Below are positions 24,874 to 33,962 of a stretch of 64,000 bases of DNA, piece after piece. The stretch lies in IMG/VR virus record IMGVR_UViG_3300007511_000008; one strand, given 5' to 3'. Positions within the stretch are counted from its first letter, which is position 1; the number at the start of each line of letters is the position of its first letter. Source of the stretch: a virus. Its lineage: Duplodnaviria > Heunggongvirae > Uroviricota > Caudoviricetes. The position numbers were made by a program, and so were the translations under genes. The notes under the pieces are model-generated. The model was not told the origin of the DNA and searched no databases. It saw nothing but the letters and a program-made list of their open reading frames with translations.

Positions 24874-25434
24874 TTACGAATTATAGACATTGATTTCCCG
24901 TTTCGGTTTAAGAGCAGCTGCAGCACCACCAGTGAGAACCAAGCCCCCAGTAGTAACCCCAAGCGCAGGACTCTTCTTGTACACATTGACTATCCCATCC
25001 AGCGGCTTGAGCCACTTGTTGGACTCTTTTGCAGCACCCCGGCGATACGCTTTCCGAATCTTCCGGCCCTGCTGACCAAGCTGCGTCAATCGGTCAACCT
25101 TCTTACCCTGCTTTCCAACAGTACCAGTAGCCAAGCTTTTCAGCGCACGAAACCCACGAGAAAGGTACGGCTTGAGAGCCTTATCCCAAATGCCAGCTTC
25201 CTTGACCATCTCGGGGGTGATCCGAGCGTTAGCGCCAATACTCGCCACAAAAGCGAGCTTGGCCAGGAGAGCCTCGTCCCCCCCTTCCTCGGGAGCAGCA
25301 ACAGTTGCTCTATCAGTAACAAGGAGTTCTTCGCGAGTCATCGCACCGACTACGGAGGCCAACTTCACTTGCCGGGCCACATCGTCGGCGGTGTCCTTCT
25401 GGCAGTCGGCCAGGAATTGGGTCAAGGCATCCAT
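24874..25434 (-). CDS. Hypothetical protein (186 aa, Ala/Lys-rich).
   Basis: Clean ORF. No motifs. Confidence 0.4.
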   Translation of the reverse strand: MDALTQFLADCQKDTADDVARQVKLASVVGAMTREELLVTDRATVAAPEEGGDEALLAKLAFVASIGANARITPEMVKEAGIWDKALKPYLSRGFRALKSLATGTVGKQGKKVDRLTQLGQQGRKIRKAYRRGAAKESNKWLKPLDGIVNVYKKSPALGVTTGGLVLTGGAAAALKPKREINVYNS

Positions 25435-26093
25435 TATACACTCCGCGGGTTCTTCAGCTTATCCAGCAGAGGTTTTGGGGCCTCTACCTTCTTATTCATG
25501 GAGACTACCGAAGGCTGCTTTATAGGCTTTACTGCAGAAGGAAGCTTAGGCCTCGGTACCTTTGGGGGCTTGTACCCCTGCACCAGCTGCCGTGCAGACC
25601 GGAATTTCCCGGGCGGAGCCTTCGACAAAGTAGGCTTGGGTACTACCTTAGGCATTTTCGAGCGCTGCAAAAACTTACCTGCCTTTTGAGCCTTCTGGGC
25701 TTTTCGCAGAAGTTTATAGGCGCGAGCAAAAGTCCCGGCGGACGCCATCTTAGGCATACCCTGCTGCGGCTGCCCCTGCGTCGGATCCACTCCCTGCTGC
25801 TCTGAAGCTTCTTCCGGAGCCGGGTTTTTGGAGAACAGAGAGATAACTGGAGACTTCTGCATGTTCTCCAGCACCTTCCGCAGCATCTGTTCCTTATCCG
25901 GCTGTGCAGCACCTGCGTGACCTTGGCCAGTGGGTGGCGCGGCCGGCATTGCTCCACCTGCGGGCTGCGGGGCAGAGGGGACAGCGGCAACTTGTTGGGC
26001 TTCTTTCTTCAAATGTACAAAATCGAAGGGGGCTGAAAGCTTTTCTGTCAGCTCCTCTTCGCGTAGAAAGGCTTCTCTGAGATAACGTTCCAT
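25434..26093 (-). CDS. Hypothetical Pro/Ala/Gln/Lys-rich protein (219 aa).
   Basis: ORF with low-complexity P/A/K-rich stretches ('PKPTLSKAPPGKFRSARQLVQGYKPPKVPRPKLP'). The stop overlaps the next start. Confidence 0.4.
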   Translation of the reverse strand: MERYLREAFLREEELTEKLSAPFDFVHLKKEAQQVAAVPSAPQPAGGAMPAAPPTGQGHAGAAQPDKEQMLRKVLENMQKSPVISLFSKNPAPEEASEQQGVDPTQGQPQQGMPKMASAGTFARAYKLLRKAQKAQKAGKFLQRSKMPKVVPKPTLSKAPPGKFRSARQLVQGYKPPKVPRPKLPSAVKPIKQPSVVSMNKKVEAPKPLLDKLKNPRSV

Positions 26094-26476
26094 TAGAGTG
26101 ACCTCGTCTGCGTACCCTGATAGACATCGTCATACAGGCGAATGATTATTCCTGCGGGACCCGCGGCATTGATGGAATACGTCAGCACAAGCGGGAGCGG
26201 AATACCTTTTGTATAAAAGAGTTGTCCGGGTCCTGTAAGCTGAGGGGAACCCCCAACTGCCCCAGCTATATCCTCTCCGACCAGGAAGTGGGTGGTGGCA
26301 TCGGCAGGAGTCAGGGATGCATCCAGGTCAATAACATCAAGACCAACGTTCCCGGAGACTACTTGTACAATAGCCTGAGAAAAGAGGTCCGCGTAAGGAA
26401 TGGTGTATGTCCCCGAAGCGCCCGCTGCAAGGGTCAAGCGGATTACCCGCTGGGGAGCTGCGGTTATAGACGCCAT
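26093..26476 (-). CDS. Small structural protein, tandem paralog 1 (127 aa).
   Basis: Shares 'TYTIPYADLFSQAIVQVVSGN...QLTGPGQLFYTKGIPLPLVLTYSI...IIRLYDDVYQGTQTRSL' with its neighbour. Confidence 0.5.
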   Translation of the reverse strand: MASITAAPQRVIRLTLAAGASGTYTIPYADLFSQAIVQVVSGNVGLDVIDLDASLTPADATTHFLVGEDIAGAVGGSPQLTGPGQLFYTKGIPLPLVLTYSINAAGPAGIIIRLYDDVYQGTQTRSL

Positions 26477-26856
26477 TACAACGACCTCGTCTTAGTGCCC
26501 TGGTATACATCATTATACAGGCGGATCTGCAACACAGCATCGGAAACAGCCCCAATGGCATACGAGAGAACCAACGGTATTGCCAGGCCCTTGGTATAGA
26601 ACAGGACTCCTTGCCCTGTTAGCTGCCAGTGGGCAGGGACAGTGCCCGCGATGTTCTCCCCAACACGGAAGAGTGTACCGGCTACTGCGGGGGTAAATGA
26701 TGCCAGGAGATCGTAAGTATCCCCGGCATTACCGGACAATACTTGGACAACCGCTGCCGAGAAATTCTCGGAGTACGGAATGTCATAAGTGTCCGTGGTA
26801 TTCTTCGTCAACGTAAGCGATATGTTGCGCCGGCATGTTGCGGTGGTAGATACCAT
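26476..26856 (-). CDS. Small structural protein, tandem paralog 2 (126 aa).
   Basis: 'TYDIPYSENFSAAVVQVLSGN...QLTGQGVLFYTKGLAIPLVLSYAI...LQIRLYNDVYQGTKTRSL' is about 55% identical to the neighbour. The stop and start share a base. Confidence 0.5.
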   Translation of the reverse strand: MVSTTATCRRNISLTLTKNTTDTYDIPYSENFSAAVVQVLSGNAGDTYDLLASFTPAVAGTLFRVGENIAGTVPAHWQLTGQGVLFYTKGLAIPLVLSYAIGAVSDAVLQIRLYNDVYQGTKTRSL

Positions 26857-27323
26857 TAGTTGAGCTCCTCGCTACGGTCGAAGTTAGGCTCGTAGAAGTC
26901 GCTGGTAACTCCCCCACCCATGGCCTGCCGGACATTAAGGCGAGCAATCAGCTTCATCTTTCTACGCTCCCACTCCGCGGTCAACCGATTTATCAAATTG
27001 AGATAAATTGGTGCCTTGTCCGATTCATTGACCTGCACACCCTGCCCATCGGAGTACGTAAGATGGTTTCGGGCCTGCAAAAACGTGACCGATTCGAGCA
27101 AGTATTTCGCGGCACCAATCTTCAATAGAGAAATCGCGGGGAAGGTATCAGGAGTAAACGCCCCCAAAGGGGAATCCAAATTAAAGTCCTCAATGGCATC
27201 AAGAATCGCCATAGCGATGGAACGCTTGCTCGACTCCTCATCTTTAATAAGACGGTTGAGTTCGGGGAAGTCCCGCAAGTACGCACGAACTACCTCAACA
27301 AGCTGTTCCAGACGTGACGCCAT
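26856..27323 (-). CDS. Hypothetical protein (155 aa).
   Basis: Clean ORF. No motifs. Confidence 0.45.
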   Translation of the reverse strand: MASRLEQLVEVVRAYLRDFPELNRLIKDEESSKRSIAMAILDAIEDFNLDSPLGAFTPDTFPAISLLKIGAAKYLLESVTFLQARNHLTYSDGQGVQVNESDKAPIYLNLINRLTAEWERRKMKLIARLNVRQAMGGGVTSDFYEPNFDRSEELN

Positions 27324-27629
27324 TTAGTCTTCCTTCTTTTTCTTAGTCGACTTCCGCTTCTTCCGTTTCTTCGGCTTGATCTCTACTACATCGTCGGGTG
27401 TTCCGAGTTCTCCATCAGGCCCAGGAGAAATTTCAACGCTGACAATCCCAACGTCTACTTCGATCTTTTTCTCCGGTTCAGGAGGAGGTGTAGCTGACAG
27501 AAAGCCCACGTCGAGAAGATGCTTTAGCTGCGAAGACATGTGCGGGATATCCGCAAAGCTTCCTGCCCGAACCTTCCCTACCTGCGGGACGACAACATCA
27601 AAGTTCGATGTATTCCATACGCGTAGCAT
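27324..27629 (-). CDS. Small protein with a poly-Lys/Arg C-terminus (101 aa).
   Basis: '...VVEIKPKKRKKRKSTKKKKED' is a highly basic tail, possibly DNA-binding or an internal virion protein. Confidence 0.4.
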   Translation of the reverse strand: MLRVWNTSNFDVVVPQVGKVRAGSFADIPHMSSQLKHLLDVGFLSATPPPEPEKKIEVDVGIVSVEISPGPDGELGTPDDVVEIKPKKRKKRKSTKKKKED

Positions 27630-28064
27630 TTACTTCTTCCCCTTAGAACTCTTCTTCTTAGTAGCCTTCTTCTTGGGCTTCGGTGCTTCCTTCTCCGGTT
27701 CTGGTTCCGGTTCCGGCTCGGGTTCCGGCTCGGGTTCCGGCTCGGGAATAGGCTCTGGTTCGGGAGTAGGCTCTGGTTCAGGCTCAGGAGTAGGTTCGGG
27801 CTGCCCAACAACCTCGGGACCGTCCATATCCTCTGCCATTACCAACTCAAAGAGGCCGGCGTCAATGGCCTTATCAAGAAGCGCGGCGTACCGGACAAAG
27901 ATATCGCCGGTAATAGTCACCTGCCCTCCAGGAGCAAGGCGGTAAGGACCAAACTTGATAATCCCAGACTCAAACAGCTTCCGGAGTTCCGGGTGCTTCG
28001 CTTTTGCCATGGCCCAGGCCTTTGCCAAGGTGCGTGGCGCGCGGATGGTATATTGGGTTGCCAT
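27630..28064 (-). CDS. Protein with a (Glu-Pro)n dipeptide repeat and a Lys-rich C-terminus (144 aa).
   Basis: The N-terminal globular part is followed by '[53 protein letters not shown]'. Confidence 0.5.
   Translation of the reverse strand: MATQYTIRAPRTLAKAWAMAKAKHPELRKLFESGIIKFGPYRLAPGGQVTITGDIFVRYAALLDKAIDAGLFELVMAEDMDGPEVVGQPEPTPEPEPEPTPEPEPIPEPEPEPEPEPEPEPEPEKEAPKPKKKATKKKSSKGKK
27695..27800. repeat. Imperfect hexanucleotide tandem repeat (GGTTCC/GGCTCG units) encoding the (EP)n tract.
   Basis: 'ggttctggttccggttccggctcgggttccggctcgggttccggctcgggaataggctctggttcgggagtaggctctggttcaggctcagg' is visible directly. It is a potential slippage/length-variation hotspot. Confidence 0.6.
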
Positions 28065-28168
28065 GATTAACTCCTAACGTCGGTTATCAAAATGAACCAC
28101 AAATACTGGTGAGCCCCCGTTCCGAAAGGAGCCGGGGGCCCATTCACCAAAAGGCAAGGCACCCAGGC

Positions 28169-29314
28169 TTAGTACGTCCACAGACCCGGGTAGGTGTAAC
28201 CGTCGGCAACCTGGTTGTTGACTGCGCCAAGCGCGGTCTCAGCAGCCGGGGCAACCGTCGCACGAATGTTTGCCACACCCGGTGCGATGGTATTACCAGA
28301 CATCAGCTCCAGGCGGTTGACAGCGGCAATATTGGCGAGGCCCATGCCGATGTTTTCCCATGCCCAGAAAGAGATGCTGCGAGCTTCCTTCTTCACATAG
28401 AACTTGACGTTGTCCAGGATGTAGGACTTTCCGAAGAAAGCCGGATCCGTGAAACCATAGACAAATCCGTCGTGAAGCAGGTTACCCTTCAGGGTGGTGA
28501 GGATCTGGTAGCCAAGTACGGTGTTGTACTTGTAACCCTTCACCATGACGTCCTTGGTCAGAACGTGACCGAGGTCGGCAGCAGTCAGCTGTCCGAAGTC
28601 TGCGAAGGTATACTCAGTCATCAGAACCTTGGACATCCGCAATGCGCGGCCCGACAGAGTGAACAGCTTTGCCAAGTAGGCAATGTCCACTTTCTGGATC
28701 GGGTTCACAGTTGCGTTATCAGCAACTGCGACGGCAGCAAGCTCACCCTTGACGGTGGCGTCACGGACATTACCAGCACCGGCTACGGTAGCGTTGGTAA
28801 CCCAAGTGGTGTTGTCGTTGGGATCTCCACCATTCGCGAGAGCTTCGCGGGCTTCGATGCACGACATGATATGGACCAGGAAGTACCTGTCCTCAATTTC
28901 CTGGATATCCTTCACAATGTTGTTCTTGATAACATCGGAAATCGGGTAGGTATAGGTCCGGAGTTCTTCGGTGTAACCTTCCCACTTCAGGGAGCTAACA
29001 GTGAAGAACGCGACAGCCATCCGGCGTCCCTTGATGAGGCGGGGGTCCGGCTCACCTCTGAACGAGATCGACATTGCACGGGAGCCGGGCTCCACGTCGA
29101 CGATCTTGTAGACAGTGTCGTGGTAAAGGGACCGCTGGCATTCAGCAACAGTCACGGGTTTGGGCGGAAGAATCTTCCGGCAAAAGGACATCTCACGCAG
29201 CTTATCACGAACATAGGCGGAGCCGGCGGCAGCCAGCTTCTCTTTCTCACCGCTCATGTCATCAGCCTTGGAGATGAACAATTCATTGAGTACGCTTGCA
29301 GGCATATTTTCCAT
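28169..29314 (-). CDS. Major capsid protein candidate (381 aa from the internal MENMPAS start).
   Basis: The start at 29314 has AGGAGGAG with a 4-nt spacer. The longer 29395 start adds a Cys/Arg-rich, implausible N-terminus. The size, the composition and the position downstream of acidic scaffold-like genes in the morphogenesis block support the call. No sequence motif is certain. Confidence 0.4.
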   Translation of the reverse strand: MENMPASVLNELFISKADDMSGEKEKLAAAGSAYVRDKLREMSFCRKILPPKPVTVAECQRSLYHDTVYKIVDVEPGSRAMSISFRGEPDPRLIKGRRMAVAFFTVSSLKWEGYTEELRTYTYPISDVIKNNIVKDIQEIEDRYFLVHIMSCIEAREALANGGDPNDNTTWVTNATVAGAGNVRDATVKGELAAVAVADNATVNPIQKVDIAYLAKLFTLSGRALRMSKVLMTEYTFADFGQLTAADLGHVLTKDVMVKGYKYNTVLGYQILTTLKGNLLHDGFVYGFTDPAFFGKSYILDNVKFYVKKEARSISFWAWENIGMGLANIAAVNRLELMSGNTIAPGVANIRATVAPAAETALGAVNNQVADGYTYPGLWTY

Positions 29315-29327
29315 TGTTCTCCTCCTA

Positions 29328-29975
29328 TTAAGCCACGGTGAGCTGCTGCTGGAACGGCATGCTATAAATCTGCGCCAGCAACGGTGCACCCGCAACGGCT
29401 GCTTCCATCGCTACACCAACAATCCAAATATTCTGGCCTATACCAGCGATTGTATGGATGTTACCAGTAGTCGCTACCGTGGTCGGGGTTGTAAGAATGC
29501 CCTTGATGCCAGTAAAGCCCATCGAGGTCACGAACTTCGCATTGTCGCCATCGGCGTATACAACACAGAGCTCCTCACCCGCGGCGATACCAGTCTCGGC
29601 TGCCCACATGTAAGTGTCGATTTCGATGGTTCCCTGAACGATGATGGGAACCTTCTGGACGGCCTGCACATCAGTGCCGCCACGCTCGTACCACACCAGG
29701 GCCGGGCGGGTCACACAATTGACGGTCCCACTAATGGTACTATGGGTAGCGTCAATATCATTTGCGCTTGGATCCTGGGAAGGCCGGTCGATGCCGTCAG
29801 ATGCGGTCATCTGGACCCACTCCCCGACGTCGCAGTACGCTGCATTGTTCGGGTTATACGAAATACGGTCAGTGCTTGCTACAGCATAGTCCCGCACGCG
29901 GATATCCTTCACAATGGAGGTCCGGAGCGTCATGGAGCGGCCTTTGTCTTTGTATACTCCATTGATAAGGGCCAT
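29328..29975 (-). CDS. Hypothetical head-associated protein (215 aa). Possibly a decoration or minor capsid protein.
   Basis: Clean ORF between the scaffold-like genes and the MCP candidate. Confidence 0.4.
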   Translation of the reverse strand: MALINGVYKDKGRSMTLRTSIVKDIRVRDYAVASTDRISYNPNNAAYCDVGEWVQMTASDGIDRPSQDPSANDIDATHSTISGTVNCVTRPALVWYERGGTDVQAVQKVPIIVQGTIEIDTYMWAAETGIAAGEELCVVYADGDNAKFVTSMGFTGIKGILTTPTTVATTGNIHTIAGIGQNIWIVGVAMEAAVAGAPLLAQIYSMPFQQQLTVA

Positions 29976-29986
29976 AGCTCTCCTCC

Positions 29987-30334
29987 TTAGCTAGTCAAAA
30001 AAGTTTCAAGTGCATCCGAATTCCCGGCGTCGGCAGAGTCATCTACCTGTGCGGGAGAAAGGTCACCCACCTGCATCTGCACGGCCTGCGCCAGAACTTC
30101 CAGATCTTGGCCAGAGTCAAGAAGAGCGGCGACCTTCTCCTGACGCGGAGCATCGGGGTCTACAAGTCCTCTCTCTTCCATCTCAGCTACCAGAGCTTCA
30201 GCTTTAGCCTGCTTTTCCAGGTCAGCAGTCTTCTCTCTTGCCGCGGAAACCTCCTCAGCAAGAGCACGGAGCATTGTCGGTATCTGCTGAAGAACTTCAG
30301 CAATTTTTTCCATTTCATTACTCATCGGTACCAC
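29987..30334 (-). CDS. Acidic alpha-helical protein (115 aa), scaffold-like.
   Basis: 'EKIAEVLQQIPTMLRALAEEVSAAREKTADLEKQAKAEALVAEMEERG...' is coiled-coil-like and acidic, and lies upstream of the MCP candidate. Confidence 0.35.
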   Translation of the reverse strand: MVPMSNEMEKIAEVLQQIPTMLRALAEEVSAAREKTADLEKQAKAEALVAEMEERGLVDPDAPRQEKVAALLDSGQDLEVLAQAVQMQVGDLSPAQVDDSADAGNSDALETFLTS

Positions 30335-30803
30335 CTCCTACAAGGTCGAGTACCGTCTTCACTGAAGCCGGCGACGACTTGGGAGCTACGGGGGCCGAAG
30401 CCTCCTTGATCTTGCTAACCCACCCTTCGAGGGTCCCCTTGATCTGCTCATTAGCGTCGTCTGTTGAATCGGAGGTATCGCTCTGTACCTCGGCCTCGGG
30501 AGTGAGGTGGGCCAGTTTCTGGAGGACATGCTCTCGAATTTCTGCGGTATCCCCAGCAGGAGCTGCCTCCGCCTGCTTGACGGAAGCAACTTTCTGCTTG
30601 AGATATTCTCCGAGATCAAGCTGATCCCCATCAGACTCTACCTGCTTCTCAGCAGCCAGGGCCTCGATGATACCCTCCACGGACTGTGCCACCTTCTCCA
30701 CGAACCCAAGGTCCAACGGAACGACCTCCTGAGTGGACTGATTCCCAGAATCGATGTTGCGCGCTTCCAGGTCATTCACCAGTAGGTCTTGAAGTGACGA
30801 CAT
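30318..30803 (-). CDS. Acidic protein (161 aa), scaffold/assembly-like.
   Basis: Very acidic and helical ('DGDQLDLGEYLKQKVASVKQAEAAPAGDTAEIREHVLQKLAHLTPEAEVQSDTSDSTDDANEQIK'). Overlaps its neighbour by 17 nt. Confidence 0.4.
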   Translation of the reverse strand: MSSLQDLLVNDLEARNIDSGNQSTQEVVPLDLGFVEKVAQSVEGIIEALAAEKQVESDGDQLDLGEYLKQKVASVKQAEAAPAGDTAEIREHVLQKLAHLTPEAEVQSDTSDSTDDANEQIKGTLEGWVSKIKEASAPVAPKSSPASVKTVLDLVGGGTDE

Positions 30804-30815
30804 ATCCGCTCCTCC

Positions 30816-31733
30816 TTATTCGGTTTCCTGCAGAGCTGCGATCATCTCGTCGACCGGGTAACCGGCTTCGGCGAGCTTCTCGAAAGCGTGGATGGTTACT
30901 GCTTCATCCAAATCTTCGTCTGCAGCGACTTTTTCCTGGCCAAGCTCAAACATGCCAAGAATTTCATTGGCCCGCTCATCAGCAAGAGCGTCAAGTGCAG
31001 AGCCAGTCTTCCTCTTACCCAAAGAATAACTACCACCTGCGAGAGCAGCAGTGGGGATACCATAAGCGGTACCAGTCTGGAGGCCACCAAGCAGCATCTT
31101 GTTGCGGCCTGCTTTGCCCTTCTTGGCTCCCAGGCCAAAACGCTTAGCAGCGATTTCGCCGGCCCGCTTTTTGCCCTTGCTGCTCATGGTGCCCTTCTGG
31201 CCCATGTGCTTGGCACGTTCGCCCAAATACTTCAGCTTCTTGCTTTCGCCGCGAAGAGCATGCCCGGCACGCAGATTTTTGGCGGTGTACGCGCCCTTTA
31301 CTCCACGCAGAAGCTTCTCCAGCCATGCGGGAACCGCTTCCTTTTCCATCTCAGTGAGCTCTGATTCGGTGTACTCGTTTCCGTCTTCATCGACATAGAT
31401 GGATTCGGTCTCTTCCTGCTCAGAAGCAATTTTGGTCAACTCATCCATGAGCCCGTGAGCCATCACGCGGCCATAGGCGTCATAAGCAGCGGCAACCTTC
31501 TGCAGCTCTCCGTCGCCCATGCCTTCCTGCTCTCCAGCTTCTTTCTGCAGGTGACCCTGCTCTTCCAGGTCCTGCACAACGGCGGTTTCCAGTTCATCCA
31601 GTTGTTCGGGGGTCAGATCGCTAAGATCTACTTCGTACTCGGCAGCAAGCTTCTCAATGAACTTAGCCTGCGCTGCCTTTTCCAGAGCATCCTGCCCGTC
31701 TGTACCATAGATGGTTTCGAGAATGTCACTCAT
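30816..31733 (-). CDS. Hypothetical protein (305 aa) with acidic N-terminal and C-terminal parts and a basic Gly/Lys-rich middle.
   Basis: Clean ORF. The central 'KKLKYLGERAKHMGQKGTMSSKGKKRAGEIAAKRFGLGAKKGKAGRNKMLLGGLQTG' suggests an internal virion or DNA-associated protein. Confidence 0.45.
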   Translation of the reverse strand: MSDILETIYGTDGQDALEKAAQAKFIEKLAAEYEVDLSDLTPEQLDELETAVVQDLEEQGHLQKEAGEQEGMGDGELQKVAAAYDAYGRVMAHGLMDELTKIASEQEETESIYVDEDGNEYTESELTEMEKEAVPAWLEKLLRGVKGAYTAKNLRAGHALRGESKKLKYLGERAKHMGQKGTMSSKGKKRAGEIAAKRFGLGAKKGKAGRNKMLLGGLQTGTAYGIPTAALAGGSYSLGKRKTGSALDALADERANEILGMFELGQEKVAADEDLDEAVTIHAFEKLAEAGYPVDEMIAALQETE

Positions 31734-31797
31734 AGTTTTCTCCTCCTAAGGACATACAAATACAACGATCGAAAAAAAGTTATCGGCGAGAGTAATG

Positions 31798-31815
31798 GAC
31801 TTTTAGGAAAGTCCG
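31798..31815. other. Perfect 7-bp hairpin (GGACTTT-tagg-AAAGTCC) in the 138-nt AT-rich gap between two minus-strand morphogenesis genes. Possible RNA processing, attenuator or promoter-associated element.
   Basis: Seen in the sequence. Apart from an A7/T7 homopolymer, 31763-31769 (T7 as read on the minus strand), no clean U-tract follows on the minus strand. Confidence 0.2.
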
Positions 31816-31871
31816 TGTGAGCCTGCTTTCCAGCTTTTCCGGCCCGTTCGAACCACAGTGTATACTGGTTT

Positions 31872-33353
31872 CTACGTAAAAGGCAAGCGATTGAGCACAC
31901 TTTTTATCTCATTTTGCCGTAATCCTGCAGCTACAAGGCCAGAAGAGAACAAAACTGGATGCTTCGCTATGAAGCGCTGAAGCATGTTTTGGGGTACGCC
32001 TTTCTTCTCTTCTTTACGCAGGTGTGCGCTATACGCGTACACTAAAGGAAGTAGGAGTGCCCACGCGGGAACCCGCTTAAGGGCACTACCAACTACGGAT
32101 GCTGACTTCTCCAAACCCCCATTTACGACAATATCATCCAAATGCTCAAGCGCTTGTCGCCGGTAGTCATTATAGAGACCCCCAAGCATTCTATCGAGCT
32201 CCCCGCCCAAAGGAGTCTCTACGTCGGCAGGTTGCGCTTCCGCCAACTTTGCGAGCCGATGGAAACTATGAGGACAAAAGATGGACCTCTCCGCGGATAT
32301 AGGAAAATCATGCTTGGGCAAAGGTGCGCCAATGAACGCGGCATCCAGAGGAGATGTGCCAAGGCCCCGAGATTGGGGGGTAAACGAAATATTCCGTCTG
32401 AATAATCTCGAAGCCTCCCGCGGCCCCACCTTCTGAACAATAATGATGCGCTGGAATTCCGAGGGCTTTAGGATTACCCCTTTACCCAATAGTGCGCCCA
32501 GGGCAGACCCAAGAGGTCGCTCGGATAGGCGCTGTAGAAGGGGCTCGGGCAGAGACTTCTCCCGTTTGAAAAGAGGATTGAGTTGATCTGCCATCCCTGG
32601 GACGTCCTTGAGGATAGAGGACATCTTATCCTGTGTAGCCACCTTTACAGAGGCTACCTTTTCCAGAGCAAAGCCTGTCCGATCTGCCCCAATCAAAACA
32701 AAGGACAGGTCAAAGAACCGGGGATTCGGGTTGTAGAGGAAAACCTTGCGTCCATCAGGATAAACCTTACCCAATTCTGTTCTACCGTGAGTACAGTAGT
32801 CTGCCCGGGTACGAGAGCGATGCCCGCAAATAGAGCAGACGTCATAGGCCACGCGGCAGCCCATGCTAACTGGGCAGTGCTCCCCTGCCTCAAGCTGGGA
32901 AATCAGAGTATCATGACCCTCGTCACGACCCTTTTTCTTATCAATCTGGATAACAAGCTCGACCCGGTGCATCTTCCGGTTGTAGGCCGCAAGAACAATT
33001 TTCCCGAAACTCTTTTCCTTATCCTTATTAACGTGATGCCTGTAGACGCCGGCATTGTAGAAGCTCTTGAACCCGTAGGCCGGCCCATTGGGATGCAGGA
33101 GTTCCTTCTCCTCGAAGTAATCGTTATTGATATTCGAGCCGTAGTACTCCCCAGCGCCAAGGGCAGAAACAAGGACGTAAATGAACCCCGGCTTCTTTTT
33201 TATCCCATTGAGATATTTGCCAATCTCCGGGTCGTACTCTTTCTTTGTCCGAGCAGTCTTCTCAAAGCCTGAGGCGTTCGGATCGTAGACCTCCGTAAAG
33301 ATCTGCCCTGTGTCCGGGTCAATACCTGGAAAGTCTAAACGTTTCTCGAGCAT
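31872..33353 (-). CDS. Hypothetical 493-aa morphogenesis-block protein with a His/Cys cluster.
   Basis: 'EHCPVSMGCRVAYDVCSICGHRSRTRADYCTHG' is a possible metal-binding site. The function is unknown. Prohead protease or a capsid-associated enzyme are possibilities, but neither is supported by a clear motif. Confidence 0.45.
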   Translation of the reverse strand: MLEKRLDFPGIDPDTGQIFTEVYDPNASGFEKTARTKKEYDPEIGKYLNGIKKKPGFIYVLVSALGAGEYYGSNINNDYFEEKELLHPNGPAYGFKSFYNAGVYRHHVNKDKEKSFGKIVLAAYNRKMHRVELVIQIDKKKGRDEGHDTLISQLEAGEHCPVSMGCRVAYDVCSICGHRSRTRADYCTHGRTELGKVYPDGRKVFLYNPNPRFFDLSFVLIGADRTGFALEKVASVKVATQDKMSSILKDVPGMADQLNPLFKREKSLPEPLLQRLSERPLGSALGALLGKGVILKPSEFQRIIIVQKVGPREASRLFRRNISFTPQSRGLGTSPLDAAFIGAPLPKHDFPISAERSIFCPHSFHRLAKLAEAQPADVETPLGGELDRMLGGLYNDYRRQALEHLDDIVVNGGLEKSASVVGSALKRVPAWALLLPLVYAYSAHLRKEEKKGVPQNMLQRFIAKHPVLFSSGLVAAGLRQNEIKSVLNRLPFT

Positions 33354-33375
33354 GAGTCCGCCTACGAGTTACAGG

Positions 33376-33690
33376 TTAGCGCCGTTTCCGCCGACGGACG
33401 CGCTTCCGCTTATTAGGGCCATGCGCAAGGTTAGCACCAAGGGCTCCCCCAGCCATTACCCCGGGCAATATCCCACCCATACGGCTACCGGTGAGCATGC
33501 TACCGACTATACCGCCGAGAATCTGGCCTGTAAGAGCGCCGCCCCAAGTGCGCAACCGCTTGCCATCGGAAGCACCCAGCGGTGCACCGGCAGCAAAGAT
33601 CCCAGGAACAGCGCCGCCAAAGGTGGCTGCCGTTTGCCCCGCCATCTTCTCCAATTCATCTTCGAATGCTTCCCAAATAATGTGTTCCAT
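33376..33690 (-). CDS. Small Gly-zipper membrane-like protein with a poly-Arg/Lys C-terminus (104 aa).
   Basis: 'GGAVPGIFAAGAPLGASDG...GGALTGQILGGIVGSMLTGSRMGGILPGVMAGGALGANLA' gives GxxxG-type repeats, and the protein ends in 'KRKRVRRRKRR'. Confidence 0.4.
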   Translation of the reverse strand: MEHIIWEAFEDELEKMAGQTAATFGGAVPGIFAAGAPLGASDGKRLRTWGGALTGQILGGIVGSMLTGSRMGGILPGVMAGGALGANLAHGPNKRKRVRRRKRR

Positions 33691-33692
33691 GG

Positions 33693-33929
33693 CTATACCC
33701 CCGGGACCGCGTACGGGTCTTTCTTCGCTTTAGCAGCTGGCGGAGATTTGGGCTTCAAACTCTTCATCCAGTCTGTCTGCTTCTTAACAGCCTTGCCCGC
33801 AGCACCACCACCGGGCGTGATCGTCATAGCTTCACTGGGGCCGTAGGTATACTCCGTCAGCGGCTTACCTTCGGCAAGTTTTTCCAGGTTCTCATTGTAG
33901 AATTGCTCAAACAGTTCAACTGAGTCCAT
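33693..33929 (-). CDS. Small hypothetical protein (78 aa).
   Basis: ORF 3 nt from the next gene. No motifs. Confidence 0.35.
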   Translation of the reverse strand: MDSVELFEQFYNENLEKLAEGKPLTEYTYGPSEAMTITPGGGAAGKAVKKQTDWMKSLKPKSPPAAKAKKDPYAVPGV

Positions 33930-33962
33930 CGGATTCCTCCAAATTATTTCAATATGATAATA

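Noticed and set aside
27695-27800. Short tandem repeat considered as a possible CRISPR or other non-coding repeat array.
   Set aside because: The units are 6 nt and contiguous, with no spacers. They are in-frame and encode the (EP)n tract of a minus-strand gene.
31845-31862. GGCCCGTTCGAACC, superficially like a tRNA T-arm (GTTCGAA).
   Set aside because: Flanking sequence cannot form the 5-bp T-stem, acceptor or anticodon stems on either strand. There is no tRNA cloverleaf.
31872-33353. Assigning the 493-aa His/Cys-cluster protein as prohead protease or as the major capsid protein.
   Set aside because: No recognisable protease catalytic motifs or HK97-fold signature were visible by eye. It is left as hypothetical.
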